Assembly: GCA_001724265.1 (NCBI GenBank)
Contig: MEDY01000118.1
Span: forward strand, 1 to 64,000
Direction of reading: 5' to 3'
From: Rhizaria sp. SCN 62-66
Lineage: Eukaryota
Length of the DNA stretch: 64,000 bases
Below are positions 60,901 through 64,000 of the stretch, piece after piece (within the stretch, counting starts at the first letter, position 1; every line of letters starts with the position of its first letter). Below the pieces are notes generated by a model. That model had not been told where the DNA came from, did no database searches, and saw nothing but the letters and a program-made list of their open reading frames with translations. Position numbers and translations under genes: made by a program.

Positions 60901-63788
60901 AACGGACCAAGCAAAAGAGAGAAGACAATGAGATGTGAGATAATACAATAATGTAATAACCATGAACAAAAATAAAATATTACCGCAAAGCGAGAGTATT
61001 AAGAATAAGTAAGTTCGTACCGTTCGTTGGAAGTGGCTGGTCCTGCCCTGGCAGCTGCATCGGCCGCCGTGGTCGCCTCGTCATTGGCGGCGTCAAACAC
61101 GCCCATAACGAGCTTGTTCGCAGTCGCCAGTGTGTTGGCCGCGTAGACAGTCCGCGCCTCGCCGACCGCGCCCGACAGCAAGATCGACAGCAGCTCCTCG
61201 CGCAGGGCCTGGACCGAAAAACCCGCGGAAAACGCATTTTTCTTGCCCCGACCAGCGTCTGTGCCGGTGGACGCAAGCGCGAAGGCGTGCGGGGGCACTG
61301 GCAGCGCGAGCGCGGAGGCCACAAAGGCGTCGCAGGCGGCGATGAAGCGGGGAAAGTCGCCCAGCCAGGCCGTGCGCAGGAACTTGAGATTCTTGGGGAC
61401 CACGGGCGCAGGCTTGCCGTGCGGGTTGTAGCCGCTGATGCCGCTGTTGTCGGCCGCGGGGGCGGGGGCGGAGACGGGGGCGCCGGAGAGGACGAGGGCC
61501 ACTGTGTCGTTGAGCGAGTGCGCCCAGCGCAGCAGCAAGTCAGCGACGAACCAGCCGGAGCCGGAGCCGGGCGCGTCGCCCGCGCCGGCATTGGTGTTAC
61601 TGCAGCCAGCGGCGCCGGTGGTGTAGATTGCGAGCAGCGGTGTCGTCGTCGCAGCGGCAGCGCTGTCGCCGCCGTCGCCGCCCACGCCGCCCGCGGCGCC
61701 CGCGGTGGCGCTGGCCGCGTCCGCGCGCAGGGGCGCCACAGCGGCGGAGCCCACGGTCGCCTGCAGCGCCGCGACCTGCAGCAGCCCTCGCCGCCACTCG
61801 CGCAGCCCGCGGCCGAAGGTCGCCCACACGGCGGAGCGCAGCGTTCCGCTGCCGGCAGGCGCGGCGGCAGCGGCGGCAGCGGCCGCGGCCGTGGCTGCGG
61901 AGGCGGCGGCCGCAGCGGCGGCGGCGGGCGCGGCGGCGGCGTTCGCTGCCGCTAGCGCAGTCGCGGCAGCCGCGGTGGCCGCCTCGGCCGCGGCAGCGGC
62001 CTCGCGCGCGACCGCCTCGGTCACGGCCACGCCCTCGGGCTCGGTGCCATCGCCCGCGGCCGCCGCAGCAGCCGCCGCCTCCATCGCGGCCGCCGCGCGC
62101 TCGGCCCGCGTCCGCGCCGCGGCGGCGTTAAGCTCCATGGCCTCGGCGCGCGACGCGGCGGCCGCGGCGGCCTCGGCGACGGCCTCGCTGCGCAGCGCCG
62201 CGGCCTCAGCGGCCTCCGCAGCCTCGGCGGCCGCGTCGCTGGCCTCGGCGGCCGCGGCCTGCAGCAGCGACTGCTCGGCCACAATCGCCGTGGGGTCAGC
62301 GATGCGCGCCAGCGCGGCGAGCAAACCGCTGTGCGCGCGCGCGCGGGCGTCGGTGACGGCGCAGTAGAGCTCGGCCGCCCCGCTGAACGTGCTCGGCGGC
62401 TGCGGCGGCTGCAACGCCTGCTTGCCGCTCGCCGTGACGACCACGACGGCAGACTTCTCCTCGGCCTCGGCAGAGCTGCTCCGGTTGCCATGGCGTTGCT
62501 GCAGCTGCTGCTGCTTTGCAGCATGCGCCTCGGCAGCCGCGCCGTCGAGCGCGCCCAGCGCAGTGAGCGCAGCGGTCAACATTTCGTTGTCGAAGAGCTC
62601 CAGCGCGCGCACAGCGAGTGTCCGCGCGTGGCGGGCGACGACAGCGCGCGACTTAGTGATGAAGGCTTCGTCGGGGGCCACGACGGCGACGCGGCGCAGC
62701 GCAGGCGTGCGCGCCAGCGTGCACAGCCCCTGTCGCAGCGCCAGGGCGGCGGCCAGCAGGTCCGCGGCCGTCACGGTCGCGGGGCCGGCCGCCGCGGCGA
62801 CCGCGCCGCTGGCGGGGCCGCTGCCGCTGCCGTTGCTCGCGGCGGCCGCGGCTGCAGCGGCGGCCGCGGCGGCGGCGTTGCGGCTGCGGGAGAGCGCGGC
62901 GCGCACCTGTGCGGCCGAGGCGGAGACGGCGGTGCAGCCCTGTAGCAGGCGCTGCGTGGCGACAAGGTTGCGGTAGCGGCGGGCGAGCGCGGCCAGCGCG
63001 GCGTGCGGCGCGCGCACAGTTGCGGCCAGCGCCGTCACGCGCGCCGCCGCGGCCGAGAGCGCGGCGCGGGCCGCCGTAAAGCGCGCGTGGATGTCCGACA
63101 GCTCGGCGGCGTGCGACAACAGCGGTGCGTGGTGGCGGGAGGACTGGGCGCGGATGACGGCGTCGAGCTGGGAGAGCAGGGAGCGGAGCTCACTCAGCTG
63201 CACGGGCAGCGGCGGCAGGGCGCTCGCGCTCGCGGCGTCGCCAGTTGACGAGGGGATGCAGATAAGGCGGGCTTGTTCGGCGCTCAGGGTAGCGAGGCGG
63301 CGCAAAAAGTCTACAGTTTGGGAAGTGAGCAAGTGAGCAAGTGAGATTCAGAGAGACTACAACTGTTGTGTTTGGTGCTATGATATGTCCTCGAACGTAC
63401 CAGGGTTGGAGCAAGAGGCGATGGCCTCAAGAACATCTGCAGAAACTGCTGTCGTATGCGCAGCAGCACCAGAAGTCGCTGTGTTAAAGCCGGGCTCACT
63501 GTCAGACAAGGCAGAGCGAGCGTGGCTCTTACTGCTGCTGCTGCTGCTGCTGCTCCTGCTCCTGCTGGCGCTGTGGCTTATGTTTGCGTGGCCGCTATTG
63601 CTGTGAGTGACGGCGGAGTTGGCGTAGTCGTCGCCGTCGTCGTGGTCGTTGTCGTACTCCGCCTCCTCTGCTGCAGAGACGCTGCGAGCGCTGGTGGCCG
63701 CAGGTGTCCTTGAGCTAGAGCTCGGGGCAACACCGGTGCGGCTTGGGAGCGGCCCAGCTACTGTCTGGGGACCGACCGAGAGAGACAT
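57993..63788 (-). CDS. COG5: Conserved oligomeric Golgi complex subunit 5-like, greatly expanded by Ala/Ser tracts; exons 63788-63401, 63310-61021, 60888-57993 (1857 aa)
   Basis: LSQLDAVIRAQSSRHHAPLLSHA...VRAPHAALAALARRYRNLVATQRLL resembles the COG5 N-terminal coiled coil. FPRF, IAKALFLFSVRCE, QRRNA and LIHLDSY resemble later COG5 blocks. Recognised from memory, not by search. Confidence 0.72.
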
Positions 63789-64000
63789 TCTGGTGTCGCC
63801 TTCGGAAGAAGCTCAATCAGAAGCAGAAATCACTGGTTTACAATGCTGCCACGATGGCGGAAACTGGGTAGCAAAATAAGCGCTGTCTCTGCAAAGAGTG
63901 ACAATGCTGCGTTGATCTGCGGTGGAAGGGAAAGTGGAGGGCAAATCTTCACGCGGGAAACAAGAAATAATCATGGTAATGAAGTGCCAATTAAAAATTG

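Overview
Gene-dense, intron-containing nuclear DNA of a eukaryote, most likely a heterotrophic protist. Lineage cannot be fixed from this window. Exons are GC-rich; introns (mostly about 100-250 bp) and intergenic DNA are AT-richer. I reconstructed 22 protein-coding genes by hand, one of them partial, with 31 GT-AG coding-region introns that all restore the reading frame. Recognisable genes: eIF3a, RNA polymerase I/III subunit AC19, succinyl-CoA ligase alpha, a Tim9-like small Tim, COQ6, an Fe/Mn-family SOD, a MAP2K, GPI8/PIG-K, CKS1, the mitochondrial phosphate carrier, an RRM-only Cyp33/PPIE-like protein, a Tom40-like barrel and COG5. The rest are a divergent kinase, two ankyrin proteins, a TPR-like protein, one orphan, an Ala/Pro-repeat gene end and three secreted or surface proteins. 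No tRNA, rRNA, CRISPR array or recognisable transposon was seen. Main leads: (1) a set of secretory proteins reminiscent of apicomplexan secretory cargo, namely a 1723-aa TSP1/EGF adhesin with a TRAP-like subterminal Trp, a 954-aa putative proprotein with repeated S-[FLM]-L-[QD]-like motifs, and a saposin-like protein; (2) an Mn-type SOD with a signal peptide and a KDEL-like C-terminus (RIEL); (3) a near-invariant GTACG splice donor with no +4A; (4) no TAG stop in any of the 22 genes.
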